The position numbers were made by a program, and so were the translations under genes. Of a DNA stretch of 64,000 nt, positions 1 to 10,000 are shown in pieces. Where the stretch lies: assembly GCF_054482595.1 (NCBI RefSeq), contig NZ_CM137008.1. One strand, written 5' to 3'. How positions within the stretch are numbered: position 1 is the first letter of the stretch; each line of letters begins with the position of its first letter. The notes under the pieces were generated by a model that saw only the letters and a list, made by a program, of their open reading frames with translations, was not told where the DNA came from and did no database searches.

Positions 1-1
1 C

Positions 2-1078
2 CGTATTAATGCGCAAAACACGGGGAGTTCCGGCGAGTATCGTGAACAGATAACAAAAGGAGCCAGGCTGGAGAACCGTTCCACTCTCTTTGCCGACAGT
101 TTCGCTTCTCACTTACTGACATATGGCGGTGAGTATTATCGTCAGGAACAACATCCGGGCGGCGCGACGACGGGCTTCCCGCAAGCAAAAATCGATTTTA
201 GCTCCGGCTGGCTACAGGATGAGATCACCTTACGCGATCTGCCGATTACCCTGCTTGGCGGAACCCGCTATGACAGTTATCGCGGTAGCAGTGACGGTTA
301 CAAAGATGTTGATGCCGACAAATGGTCATCTCGTGCGGGGATGACTATCAATCCGACTAACTGGCTGATGTTATTTGGCTCATATGCCCAGGCATTCCGC
401 GCCCCGACGATGGGCGAAATGTATAACGATTCTAAGCACTTCTCGATTGGTCGCTTCTATACCAACTATTGGGTGCCAAACCCGAACTTACGTCCGGAAA
501 CTAACGAAACTCAGGAGTACGGTTTTGGGCTGCGTTTTGATGACCTGATGTTGTCCAATGATGCTCTGGAATTTAAAGCCAGCTACTTTGATACCAAAGC
601 GAAGGATTACATCTCCACGACCGTCGATTTCGCGGCGGCGACGACTATGTCGTATAACGTCCCGAACGCCAAAATCTGGGGCTGGGATGTGATGACGAAA
701 TATACCACTGATCTGTTTAGCCTTGATGTGGCCTATAACCGTACCCGCGGCAAAGACACCGATACCGGCGAATACATCTCCAGCATTAACCCGGATACCG
801 TTACCAGCACTCTGAATATTCCGATCGCTCACAGTGGCTTCTCTGTTGGGTGGGTTGGTACGTTTGCCGATCGCTCAACACATATCAGCAGCAGTTACAG
901 CAAACAACCAGGCTATGGCGTGAATGATTTCTACGTCAGTTATCAAGGACAACAGGCGCTCAAAGGTATGACCACTACTTTGGTGTTGGGTAACGCTTTC
1001 GACAAAGAGTACTGGTCGCCACAAGGCATCCCACAGGATGGTCGTAATGGAAAAATTTTCGTGAGTTATCAATGGTAA
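2..1078 (+). CDS. chuA: TonB-dependent outer membrane heme/hemoglobin receptor, C-terminal part (5' end lies upstream of the window)
   Basis: Open frame runs from base 2 with no stop; beta-barrel C-terminus ending in an aromatic residue (…KIFVSYQW); immediately followed by chuS. Confidence 0.85.
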   Translation, partial: RINAQNTGSSGEYREQITKGARLENRSTLFADSFASHLLTYGGEYYRQEQHPGGATTGFPQAKIDFSSGWLQDEITLRDLPITLLGGTRYDSYRGSSDGYKDVDADKWSSRAGMTINPTNWLMLFGSYAQAFRAPTMGEMYNDSKHFSIGRFYTNYWVPNPNLRPETNETQEYGFGLRFDDLMLSNDALEFKASYFDTKAKDYISTTVDFAAATTMSYNVPNAKIWGWDVMTKYTTDLFSLDVAYNRTRGKDTDTGEYISSINPDTVTSTLNIPIAHSGFSVGWVGTFADRSTHISSSYSKQPGYGVNDFYVSYQGQQALKGMTTTLVLGNAFDKEYWSPQGIPQDGRNGKIFVSYQW

Positions 1079-1126
1079 TCATCTGCCCCGATTTTTCGGG
1101 GCATTTATCTGGAAGGAAGAGAGACA

Positions 1127-2155
1127 ATGAACCACTACACACGCTGGCTTGAGTTAAAAGAACAAAATCCCGGAAAGTACGCGCGTGACATCGCAGGTTT
1201 AATGAATATCAGCGAAGCAGAACTGGCATTTGCACGCGTCACGCACGATGCGTGGCGGATGCGCGGCGATATCCGTGAAATTCTGGCGGCGCTCGAAAGT
1301 GTTGGCGAGACCAAATGTATTTGCCGTAATGAATATGCAGTCCATGAGCAAGTTGGTGCGTTCACAAACCAGCATTTGAACGGACATGCCGGATTAATCC
1401 TCAATCCACGCGCGCTGGATTTACGTCTGTTTCTCAATCAATGGGCCAGTGTTTTCCACATCAAAGAAAACACGGCTCGTGGCGAACGCCAGAGTATTCA
1501 GTTCTTTGATCATCAGGGCGATGCATTACTAAAAGTTTATGCCACCGACAATACCGATATGGCGGCATGGAGTGAGCTTCTGGCACGGTTTATCACCGAT
1601 GAGAATACGCCGCTTGAGTTAAAAGCCGTTGATGCACCAGTTGTTCAAACGCGAGCCGATGCCACTGTGGTCGAGCAAGAGTGGCGGGCGATGACCGACG
1701 TTCATCAGTTTTTTACGTTGCTCAAGCGCCACAACCTGACGCGCCAACAGGCGTTCAATCTGGTGGCAGACGATTTGGCCTGCAAAGTATCCAACAGTGC
1801 GTTGGCGCAAATTCTTGAATCTGCACAGCAGGATGGTAATGAAATCATGGTGTTTGTTGGCAACCGTGGCTGCGTACAGATTTTCACCGGTGTGGTAGAA
1901 AAAGTGGTGCCAATGAAAGGTTGGCTGAATATTTTCAACCCGACGTTTACTCTTCATCTATTAGAAGAGAGCATTGCTGAAGCCTGGGTTACCCGTAAAC
2001 CGACCAGCGATGGCTACGTAACCAGTCTGGAATTGTTTGCCCATGATGGTACGCAGATAGCGCAACTTTATGGTCAACGTACAGAAGGCGAACAGGAGCA
2101 AGCGCAATGGCGTAAGCAAATTGCTTCGCTGATACTGGAAGGCGTTGCTGCATAA
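1127..2155 (+). CDS. chuS: Heme-degrading / heme oxygenase-like protein ChuS
   Basis: 342 aa ORF, the length of ChuS; N-terminus MNHYTRWLELKEQNPGKYARD; 49 nt downstream of chuA on the same strand. Confidence 0.85.
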   Translation: MNHYTRWLELKEQNPGKYARDIAGLMNISEAELAFARVTHDAWRMRGDIREILAALESVGETKCICRNEYAVHEQVGAFTNQHLNGHAGLILNPRALDLRLFLNQWASVFHIKENTARGERQSIQFFDHQGDALLKVYATDNTDMAAWSELLARFITDENTPLELKAVDAPVVQTRADATVVEQEWRAMTDVHQFFTLLKRHNLTRQQAFNLVADDLACKVSNSALAQILESAQQDGNEIMVFVGNRGCVQIFTGVVEKVVPMKGWLNIFNPTFTLHLLEESIAEAWVTRKPTSDGYVTSLELFAHDGTQIAQLYGQRTEGEQEQAQWRKQIASLILEGVAA

Positions 2156-2215
2156 CGTATAATTAACGGGAGGTCTGGCTATTTATTGCTGGGCCTCTTT
2201 ATATTGATCAATCGT

Positions 2216-2746
2216 TCACACCAGATAATCAATATGCTGATGGCGTACCAGCTCATTGATCCGCTTAAGATTGAGGATCATCATGATATTGTGTTTATGG
2301 CAGTAGAACGTTTTTAGCGATATTTTCAGTTTCTCCAGAATATCTTCCGTTGTCATTTGATTCGCAATGCAGCTCAGAACCTGATGTTGCTTGCGCGAAA
2401 GTGACACATTCGCTTCAGGCACAGAGCAGTAACTGCCATTGATGAGTGCGACAAAATCAATGATAGTGATAGTCCGCGGAACAAAGGTCACCGGCACTTT
2501 CCCCAGGCAGCGTTTAATATTAAAGGGGGAGAAAATAATGACATGGACAGGTTTTAATCGTTCAATTTGAGTGAGAAAATTAGAATGAAATACATTATTC
2601 ATTAATGTATCAATAATGACGAAGGCATTCTGATGCAACATTACGTCGATCTCTTCTTCGTTCTGTATATGAACGACATTACCTTTACTCAGAATGTTTT
2701 TCATCGCGGTGAAGAACATCGTATCCCTGGTAATTATAAGAAACAT
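2216..2746 (-). CDS. dctR: LuxR-family transcriptional regulator DctR (YhiF)
   Basis: 176 aa, the length of K-12 DctR; AT-rich gene adjacent to slp as in the acid fitness island. Confidence 0.85.
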   Translation of the reverse strand: MFLIITRDTMFFTAMKNILSKGNVVHIQNEEEIDVMLHQNAFVIIDTLMNNVFHSNFLTQIERLKPVHVIIFSPFNIKRCLGKVPVTFVPRTITIIDFVALINGSYCSVPEANVSLSRKQHQVLSCIANQMTTEDILEKLKISLKTFYCHKHNIMMILNLKRINELVRHQHIDYLV

Positions 2747-2901
2747 AACCGACTCCTGGTGCGGACATTAACTTTATAATCAGTTTGCCAAAGGTAATTA
2801 ACAGGACAGGGCTTATAATAATAATAGTTAGCTTACTGTATATTAATTTTATGTAATACATGATGCAGATGCTCAGAAAGCATCTGCATCTTTCGGTGGT
2901 G

Positions 2902-3468
2902 TTATTTGACCAGCTCAGGTGTTACCTGACTCACCGCATTGGTGTAGTAAGGCGCACCCCAGCCCGGTTCCGGCCAGAATGCACCATAGCCGTAATCCCA
3001 CAGGTTATAGGTGGTATTAACCACTTCTCTCAAATGCCACACCTGGATGCCCTGCATATTCACTTCCAGGAAGTTATACGGGACTTTATTGATAAAGCCT
3101 GGTTGTTCACCCTGAATGGTGCCGAGGATGGTAACAAAGTGATTACGATAGTTCACTGGGTCAAGGAAGCCGCTTTGTCTGGCGAGCAGTCGGCCCTGAT
3201 AGTTGGCTTCAATATCAGGCTTCGCATAGCTATCCAACGGTAATACAGCGATTTCTAACAACGTATCCGTTTTGCCATTGATAACGTTGATAACCTTCCC
3301 ACCAAAGCGCGCTTGTTGACCAACATATAACCCCGGCTGGTTATGAACAGCAACAAAACTTTTTTGAATATCAGGTTGGTTATTGCCTTTGATATTTTGC
3401 GGAATTGAACTACATGCGGCAAGCAAAAATGAAAGGCTGAGTATGAGTGCACCTTTTGTCATGTTCAT
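2902..3468 (-). CDS. slp: Starvation-inducible outer membrane lipoprotein Slp
   Basis: 188 aa from MNMTKGALILSLSFLLAACSS (lipobox LAAC); AAGGA ribosome-binding site upstream of the ATG at 3468; the longer ORF-track start at 3633 was rejected. Confidence 0.9.
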   Translation of the reverse strand: MNMTKGALILSLSFLLAACSSIPQNIKGNNQPDIQKSFVAVHNQPGLYVGQQARFGGKVINVINGKTDTLLEIAVLPLDSYAKPDIEANYQGRLLARQSGFLDPVNYRNHFVTILGTIQGEQPGFINKVPYNFLEVNMQGIQVWHLREVVNTTYNLWDYGYGAFWPEPGWGAPYYTNAVSQVTPELVK

Positions 3469-3714
3469 GTTACTATCCTTATCAACAAATATTAAAACCA
3501 TAATAGATATTTCTTTATAGTTTTCATCTGATTCTGAGGCGATATGCCTGATAGTAACGTAAACCTGTCTGATGTTTATATCCCTTCTGTTTAGTTCAAT
3601 TCCGTTATTTTGGGGCGTGGCATGAGTATCCATCGCCCCATAATATAACCCTTTGTTTTAAAATTACATAAAATCTATTTTTATTCAAGGATTATAAAGT
3701 GCTAATAATCAATA

Positions 3715-4938
3715 TTATGGTATTATATTCTGATAATGATTTGATAAGCGAATTCTTTTGCCATATGGTATTTCTATTTCCACCCCATAATTTATATCTT
3801 TTTCATTAGGCAGATCTCTCTTTAAATAAAAGGGGTATGAAATCTTTTCGGGTTGAAGTGTCTCGTAATGAAATGCTATGAATTCATTTTCAGACATTGT
3901 TGCCCATTTTTGAATTTTATTGTATAGAGATGGTGTTGTAAACTCTTGAAGTTGCTTATAACATATTTTTTTGAACTCTTGCTTATATTTTGATATATCA
4001 TCAAATGAAAGATTTACTACCTTTGCCTCTAAGAAATCAATTATTCTCGAAGCAATTTCCGCTTTCGCGCGTAAAGAGTTGTTATTAATAGTTAACAATG
4101 TAGAAAACAAGCCATCGATTTGTTTGTCAAGATGCTGTTCATATTCATGTAGTTTGGGGATTGGATTTTCCTTGTGTGAAAAAATAGTGTTAAATAAATT
4201 TGCGTCAGTGAAATTTATATTAAGTAGATCTTCAAAATAAAATTTTGATAAGGTTAGGACTAGCCTGGACATATCTTGCCCTGTCATGTTGAAATCAATA
4301 AAGTCGCATCCAGCAAGGGCTTCCATCCTATTTTCATTTTCACTGTGCTCAATATACAGCTTCGCCATTTTTAGGTACAAGCTTTGAATGTCTCTTATAT
4401 CAGTTGGTAAGTCAGCTCGTTGCCCAGCAAAATTTTTATTATCAGAAGAAACGGTTTGGACACTGAATCTTTCGGGTATTCCTTCTTCTACGAGAATTTT
4501 AGTTATGATTGGATTGTTGGGTTCTGGATTAACGACAACAATGATTTGACATACAGAATCCTTATCCTTTTCGTATCTAATGTTATGAATCTGATTAAGT
4601 ATTGATTGTGTCTGTTGCGTAAGTGGTGTCGAACTTATCGTTTCAATGTTATTAATAAGACTTACAAGTTGAGCCACAACTTTTGAGTAGTCTGCATTTG
4701 TATATGTAGTGTTCGTGTGGCACTCATTAATTTGTTGGAGTTGTTGTTGGGCTAAATCAAATTGTTCAGGGTTGTATTCTTCTCCAGAGAATGTGGAATT
4801 AATGGGTTGTTGTTCTTCCCAATTATCACAAGGCCACTTCGGTGTGTCTGGTGTTTTAACATCGTCAGTATTTGTTGTGCAGTTATAAATATCGCCGTGA
4901 TATGTATTTATTATACCTGGGGTAAAGTCAATTGACAT
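3715..4938 (-). CDS. yhiS: Uncharacterised protein YhiS (intact 407 aa form)
   Basis: AT-rich 407 aa ORF in the position of yhiS between slp and arsC; Asn/Gln-rich; no recognisable catalytic motif. Confidence 0.7.
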   Translation of the reverse strand: MSIDFTPGIINTYHGDIYNCTTNTDDVKTPDTPKWPCDNWEEQQPINSTFSGEEYNPEQFDLAQQQLQQINECHTNTTYTNADYSKVVAQLVSLINNIETISSTPLTQQTQSILNQIHNIRYEKDKDSVCQIIVVVNPEPNNPIITKILVEEGIPERFSVQTVSSDNKNFAGQRADLPTDIRDIQSLYLKMAKLYIEHSENENRMEALAGCDFIDFNMTGQDMSRLVLTLSKFYFEDLLNINFTDANLFNTIFSHKENPIPKLHEYEQHLDKQIDGLFSTLLTINNNSLRAKAEIASRIIDFLEAKVVNLSFDDISKYKQEFKKICYKQLQEFTTPSLYNKIQKWATMSENEFIAFHYETLQPEKISYPFYLKRDLPNEKDINYGVEIEIPYGKRIRLSNHYQNIIP

Positions 4939-5415
4939 AACATTCCTTATTCATCATTTGTTTTATGCTAAGATTTTTAAATTGGATAATTAGAACAGGA
5001 ATGGATTTTCTTCTACACATAATAAATATAATGCGTTATATCTTCCTGATATAATTACCTTTGACTTCCCTTTTATCTCCACCCGTTAATATTTGTGTAT
5101 AAAAAAGGGCAGTGATAGTATCGTAAAAGAAAACGTTAACAACTATCAAAAAGCGCTCATTTTAAAAAGTTATTATGTTCTCTGATAGTGTGTGAAGTGA
5201 TATTTTTGTGATGTTTTAGGTGTGTAATAATAAAATGGGTTAAGGTATCTTATAATTATTTAATAATTTGTTGTGTAAATCACTGATAAATCATAATGCA
5301 GTACGTCTTTAAACTACTGCACTGTATCGCTGATAACTAAGCAGCTCACTGATACACCATGCTGGACGCGATAATTGGAATCTCACGCAGGGAGTACTGT
5401 GTAAATAGCAAAATC

Positions 5416-5517
5416 GCCTGATGCGCTACGCCTGTCAGGCCTACAAATAACATACAATTCATCGAATTTTCATAACATTGTAGGTCGGATAAGACGCGCC
5501 AGCGTCGCATCCGACAT
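5416..5517. repeat. Pair of inverted REP (repetitive extragenic palindromic) elements, BIME-like
   Basis: gcctgatgcgctacgcctgtcaggcctac (5416-5444) and gtaggtcggataagacgcgccagcgtcgcatccgacat (5480-5517) match the E. coli REP consensus in opposite orientations. Confidence 0.7.
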
Positions 5518-5564
5518 AAATAAAGCGCACTTTTCTAACAACCTGTGGGGGGGATATAGCCGCT

Positions 5565-5990
5565 TTATTTCAGGCGCTTACCCGCTTCATCAACCACTTT
5601 CTCGCCATCTTCCTTGGTGAATGCGCCTTTTTGCGCATCTGGCAGAATTTCCAGCACCACTTCTGAAGGGCGGCACAGGCGAGTTCCCAGCGTCGTCACC
5701 ACAATCGGGCGATTAATCAGAATCGGGTGCTGAAGCATAAAGTCGATTAACCGATCGTCAGTAAATTTATCTTCCGCAAGGCCCAGCTCCTCATACGGTT
5801 CGACGTTTTTACGCAGCAGCGCGCGTACGGAAATCCCCATATCGGCAATGAGTTTGACCAGTTCATCGCGCGTTGGCGGAGTTTCCAGATAATGGATAAT
5901 GGTCGGTTCTGTGCCGCTGTTGCGGATCATCTCCAGCGTATTACGCGACGTGCCGCAGGCCGGGTTGTGATAAATGGTAATGTTGCTCAT
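5565..5990 (-). CDS. arsC: Arsenate reductase (glutaredoxin-coupled)
   Basis: 141 aa; N-terminus MSNITIYHNPACGTSRNTLEMI with the catalytic Cys in HNPACGTSRN. Confidence 0.95.
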   Translation of the reverse strand: MSNITIYHNPACGTSRNTLEMIRNSGTEPTIIHYLETPPTRDELVKLIADMGISVRALLRKNVEPYEELGLAEDKFTDDRLIDFMLQHPILINRPIVVTTLGTRLCRPSEVVLEILPDAQKGAFTKEDGEKVVDEAGKRLK

Positions 5991-6002
5991 ATCAGTATCT
6001 CA

Positions 6003-7292
6003 TTACAAAGTGAAAGAGAGACGTAGCGCCAGCGCAGCCAGCGTCACAAACAGCACAGGCAGGGTCATGATAATCCCTGTACGGAAGTAATATCCCCAGC
6101 TGATAGTCATATTCTTCTGCGAAAGTACGTGCAGCCAGAGCAGCGTTGCCAGGCTACCAATCGGGGTGATTTTCGGCCCCAAATCGCAGCCAATCACGTT
6201 GGCATAAACCATCGCTTCTTTGATAACGCCAGATGCCGTGCTGCCATCAATGGACAACGCGCCAACCAGTACCGTCGGCATATTGTTCATAATAGAAGAG
6301 AGGAAGGCGGTGAGGAATCCGGTGCCGAGCGTCGCGGCCCACAGGCCGTTATCCGCCAGCACGTTGAGTACGCCAGAAAGATATTCCGTTAATCCGGCAT
6401 TGCGCAGGCCATAAACCACCAGATACATGCCGAGCGAGAAGATGACAATCTGCCAGGGCGCACCGCGCAGCACTTTACCCGTATTAATCGCATGACCGCG
6501 TTTAGCGACGACAAATAATATCAACGCGCCCACTGCCGCAATGGCGCTGACCGGAATGCCGAGCGGTTCCAGGACGAAAAATCCCACCAGCAGAAGCAGT
6601 AAAACAACCCAGCCAGTTTTGAACGTAGCAGGATCTTTAATCGCTTCTGCGGGAGATTTCAGCAGCGCCATGTCGTAGTTCTGCGGAATATCTTTGCGGA
6701 AATAGAGATGCAACATCACCAGCGTGGCAACAATCGCGGCGATATCCACCGGCACCATCACCGAGGCATATTCGCGAAAGCCGAGGCCAAAGAAATCTGC
6801 GGAAACGATATTCACCAGGTTGGAGACAATAAGCGGCAGGCTGGCGGTATCGGCAATGAATCCGGCCGCCATCACAAACGCCAGCGTAGTGCCTTTACTG
6901 AACCCTAAAGCCAGCAGCATGGCGATGACAATCGGTGTCAAAATAAGCGCCGCGCCATCATTGGCAAACAGGGCGGCAACGGCAGCACCGAGCAGGACAA
7001 TCCAGGTAAACAGCAAGCGACCGCGTCCATTGCCCCAGCGTGAAACGTGCAGTGCCGCCCATTCAAAAAAGCCGGACTCATCCAGCAGCAGGCTGATGAT
7101 AATAACGGCAATAAACGCAGCCGTCGCGTTCCAGACGATATTCCACACCACCGGAATATCGCCCGGATGTACTACGCCCGTAACTAACGCCAGTACTGCG
7201 CCGAGCGTTGCACTCCAGCCGATGCCTAAACCTTTCGGCTGCCAGATAACCAATACAATGGTCAGGACAAAGATAGCGCCTGCCAGTAACAT
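6003..7292 (-). CDS. arsB: Arsenite/antimonite efflux pump ArsB
   Basis: 429 aa polytopic membrane protein between arsR and arsC. Confidence 0.95.
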
Positions 7293-7345
7293 AATGCCTC
7301 CCGGAAAAACACATGTGCAAATCCATATGTGTTTAGATAAATTTT

Positions 7346-7699
7346 TTAACTACAAGTGTTCTTACTGTCTACGGAACAATTTTGTCTGGCCAGGTTGCGG
7401 ACAATCACCTGAACCTTTTCCTGTTCGCATCGCCAGGCCTGCTCAATAATTTTCGCGGCCCATGATGGAATATGCGGTGATAAGCGGTAATGAACCCACT
7501 TACCCTGCTTGCGATCCAGCAACAAACCGCTTTCACGAAGAAGCGCCAGATGGCGGGAGATCTTGGGCTGCGACTGGTCGAGAGCAGTGCAGAGATCACA
7601 GACGCATAACTCTCCCAGCTCGCTGAGCAGTAAAACGATGCCCAGACGGGTTTCATCGGCAAGAATTTTGAACAGTTGGATGGGTAACAGAAATGACAT
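7346..7699 (-). CDS. arsR: ArsR/SmtB-family arsenic-responsive repressor
   Basis: 117 aa; helix-turn-helix with metal-binding ELCVCDLC motif; first gene of arsRBC. Confidence 0.95.
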
Positions 7700-7849
7700 A
7701 TTGCGCTCCTGATTGTTGCAGGTAGTGTCTCTCTTCGAAGTGGATAAGTCAAAAACATATATGGTTTAACGAATGCGTATGTGCAGAGGAAGGTAATAGG
7801 TGTGAATTTTGAGTTGGCTATTCATTTGAAAGGAGGTCTGAATCAGGAC

Positions 7850-7940
7850 GTAAAAAAACCGACTTTGCGTCGGTTTTTTACTTTCCAGCCCTGAGTTGGT
7901 GGCTCTGGCTGGAGTGAGAATGCCCACATCTAACGGTTCA
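7850..7940 (-). ncRNA. agrA: AgrA/AgrB-family antisense small RNA, arsR-proximal copy (less complementary to the dinQ leader)
   Basis: ~90 nt repeat unit with core ctgagttggtggctctggctggagtgag; ends on the minus strand in hairpin ccgac-N-gtcgg plus U-run (7853-7880). Assignment of agrA versus agrB between the two copies is uncertain. Confidence 0.45.
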
Positions 7941-8081
7941 ATACTATTAGCCAGTGGCTAACATTGCAAGCGTTAGCGATTTCTTCAGCTGGCGGAGGGG
8001 GCACTTCGGTATATATCGCAGTGACGATTTATATACTTTCACTGGGTCATCGTCATATTAAGCCTTGTCCGAATCCGGACG

Positions 8082-8172
8082 TAAAAAAACCGACTTCGCG
8101 TCGGTTTTTTTACTGTTCAGCCCTGAGTTGGTGGCTCTGGCTGGAGTGAGATAGCCATCATCTAACGCATCA
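8082..8172 (-). ncRNA. agrB: AgrA/AgrB-family antisense small RNA, dinQ-proximal copy (more complementary to the dinQ 5' leader)
   Basis: Second repeat copy ~232 bp from the first; its complement pairs with dinQ leader 8334-8365 (ctggccggagtgagatagtcgtcatctaac) with about 3 mismatches; same hairpin plus U-run terminator (8088-8112). Confidence 0.45.
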
Positions 8173-8228
8173 ATGCTAATACCATACTGAAACTATTGCA
8201 AGGACGTGCTGGTTTTATAACCTGCATG

Positions 8229-8248
8229 TACTGTATGATTATCCAGTT
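8229..8248 (+). promoter_or_regulatory. Putative LexA box in the dinQ promoter
   Basis: tactgtatgattatccagtt = CTGT-N8-CCAG, an imperfect SOS box (consensus CTGT-N8-ACAG), ~190 bp upstream of the dinQ ORF. Confidence 0.5.
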
Positions 8249-8439
8249 AGCTCTGAGGCATTTTCACTCTGGCAATGCGCATAAACGCTTTCAAAGTCCT
8301 GGTCAGAAGTACGGGTGGTGCCGTTAACTGATGCTCTGGCCGGAGTGAGATAGTCGTCATCTAACAATGAGACATGCACCGTGACAGGCAGTGGATGAGT
8401 AAGCGGATGCATTCTCACTCCATCGCATGGAGAAAACGG

Positions 8440-8523
8440 GTGATTGATAAAGCAATCATCGTTCTTGGGGCGTTAATTGCGCTGCTGGAACTGATCCGCT
8501 TTCTGCTTCAGCTTCTGAACTGA
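8440..8523 (+). CDS. dinQ: DinQ type I toxin, small single-transmembrane peptide
   Basis: GTG-initiated 27-codon ORF encoding (M)IDKAIIVLGALIALLELIRFLLQLLN; lies between the agr repeats and gor. Confidence 0.85.
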   Translation: MIDKAIIVLGALIALLELIRFLLQLLN

Positions 8524-8539
8524 TAGCGGAAACGTAATT

Positions 8540-8575
8540 AAGGGCTAAGAGCACACTACTCTTAGCCCTTTAACA
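8540..8575. terminator. Bidirectional intrinsic terminator between dinQ and gor
   Basis: Perfect 12 bp stem aagggctaagag / ctcttagccctt with a 7-8 nt loop, between convergent genes. Confidence 0.6.
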
Positions 8576-8576
8576 T

Positions 8577-9929
8577 TTAACGCATGGTCACGAACTCTTC
8601 TGCCGCCGTTGGGTGAATGGCGACGGTATTATCGAAGTCTTTTTTGGTTGCACCCATCTTCAGCGCCACCGCGAAGCCCTGCAACATTTCGTCCATACCA
8701 AAGCCAATGCCGTGAATACCGACAATCTTCTCTTCTGGCCCAACGCACACCAGCTTCATGCGGCACGGCTGGCGGTGAGTGGTGACGGCGGTATACATCG
8801 CGGTGAAAGAGGATTTATACACTTTCACCTGATCGTCGCCATACTGCTCGCGCGCCTGCGGTTCCGTTAAACCAACAGTACCAATCGGCGGATGGCTGAA
8901 GACCACGGTCGGAATGTTGCTGTAATCCAGATGCTCATCCGGCTTGTTATTAAACAGGCGTTCAGAGAGACGGCGACCCGCTGCAACTGCCACCGGTGTC
9001 AGTTCTACTGCACCCGTGTTATCGCCCACCGCGTAAATACCTTCAACGTTGGTGTTTTGATATTTATCGACGACGATATAGCCTTTTTCGTTGGTTTTAA
9101 CGCCAGCGGCTTCGAGGTTGATGTTGTCATTGGCAGGCTCGCGGCCAATCGCCCAAATCAGGCAATCCACCGTTTCACTGCGACCATCTTCCAGCTCCAG
9201 CGTCAGGCTACCATCGGCATTTTTCACTACCGCTTTCGGGATGGCGTTGGTGTGCAACTGCGGGCCTTCGGCGTTCATCACTTCGACCAGCGTTTCAGAG
9301 ATCATCGGGTCGAAGCTGCGCAGCGGCGCATGTTTACGCACAAACAGATGCGTTTTCGCGCCGAGGCCGTTAATCACGCCAGCCAGCTCAACGGCGATGT
9401 AACCCGCGCCAACAACCGCCACACGCTCTGGCAAAGCAGGAAGGGCAAAGAAACCATCAGAATCAATACCGTATTCCACGCCCGGAATATCCGGGTGGCT
9501 CGGACGACCGCCGGTGGCGATCAGAATATGATCGGCTGTGATGGTTTCACCGTTAACTTCCAGCGTTTTGGCATCAACGAAGCGGGCAAAGCCTTTGATT
9601 ACATCAACGTTATTTTTACCGAGCACGTTTTCATAGGAAGTATGAATACGGTCGATATAGGCGGTACGGCTGGCGATCAACGTTTCCCAGTTGAATTTAT
9701 TGATAGTGGTATCAAAACCATAATCCGGGCCGTACATATGGATCGCTTCACGGATTTGCGCCGCGTGCCACATCACTTTCTTCGGTACGCAGCCGACGTT
9801 CACGCAGGTGCCGCCCAGCTCTTTGGCTTCAATCAGCGCGCATTTCTGACCGTACATAGCCGCGCGGTTGATGGAGGCGATACCGCCGCTGCCGCCGCCG
9901 ATGGCGATGTAATCATAGTGTTTAGTCAT
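8577..9929 (-). CDS. gor: Glutathione reductase
   Basis: 450 aa; FAD-binding GGGSGG motif and redox-active disulfide [13 protein letters not shown]. Confidence 0.97.
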   Translation of the reverse strand: MTKHYDYIAIGGGSGGIASINRAAMYGQKCALIEAKELGGTCVNVGCVPKKVMWHAAQIREAIHMYGPDYGFDTTINKFNWETLIASRTAYIDRIHTSYENVLGKNNVDVIKGFARFVDAKTLEVNGETITADHILIATGGRPSHPDIPGVEYGIDSDGFFALPALPERVAVVGAGYIAVELAGVINGLGAKTHLFVRKHAPLRSFDPMISETLVEVMNAEGPQLHTNAIPKAVVKNADGSLTLELEDGRSETVDCLIWAIGREPANDNINLEAAGVKTNEKGYIVVDKYQNTNVEGIYAVGDNTGAVELTPVAVAAGRRLSERLFNNKPDEHLDYSNIPTVVFSHPPIGTVGLTEPQAREQYGDDQVKVYKSSFTAMYTAVTTHRQPCRMKLVCVGPEEKIVGIHGIGFGMDEMLQGFAVALKMGATKKDFDNTVAIHPTAAEEFVTMR

Positions 9930-10000
9930 GACAGAGTGTCCTTATCGTTGATTACCGCGATTGTAGCGCGAGACGTAATAGGTGCCAGCGATGGCTGCAA

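Noticed and set aside
6724-7449. 241 aa plus-strand ORF
   Set aside because: Antisense to arsB; no ribosome-binding site or motif; a by-product of the coding strand's codon bias.
7846-8170. Direct repeats considered as a possible CRISPR array
   Set aside because: Only two full copies ~230 bp apart, each with its own hairpin plus U-run terminator and no spacer/repeat periodicity of 28-37 bp; the pattern fits antisense sRNA genes.
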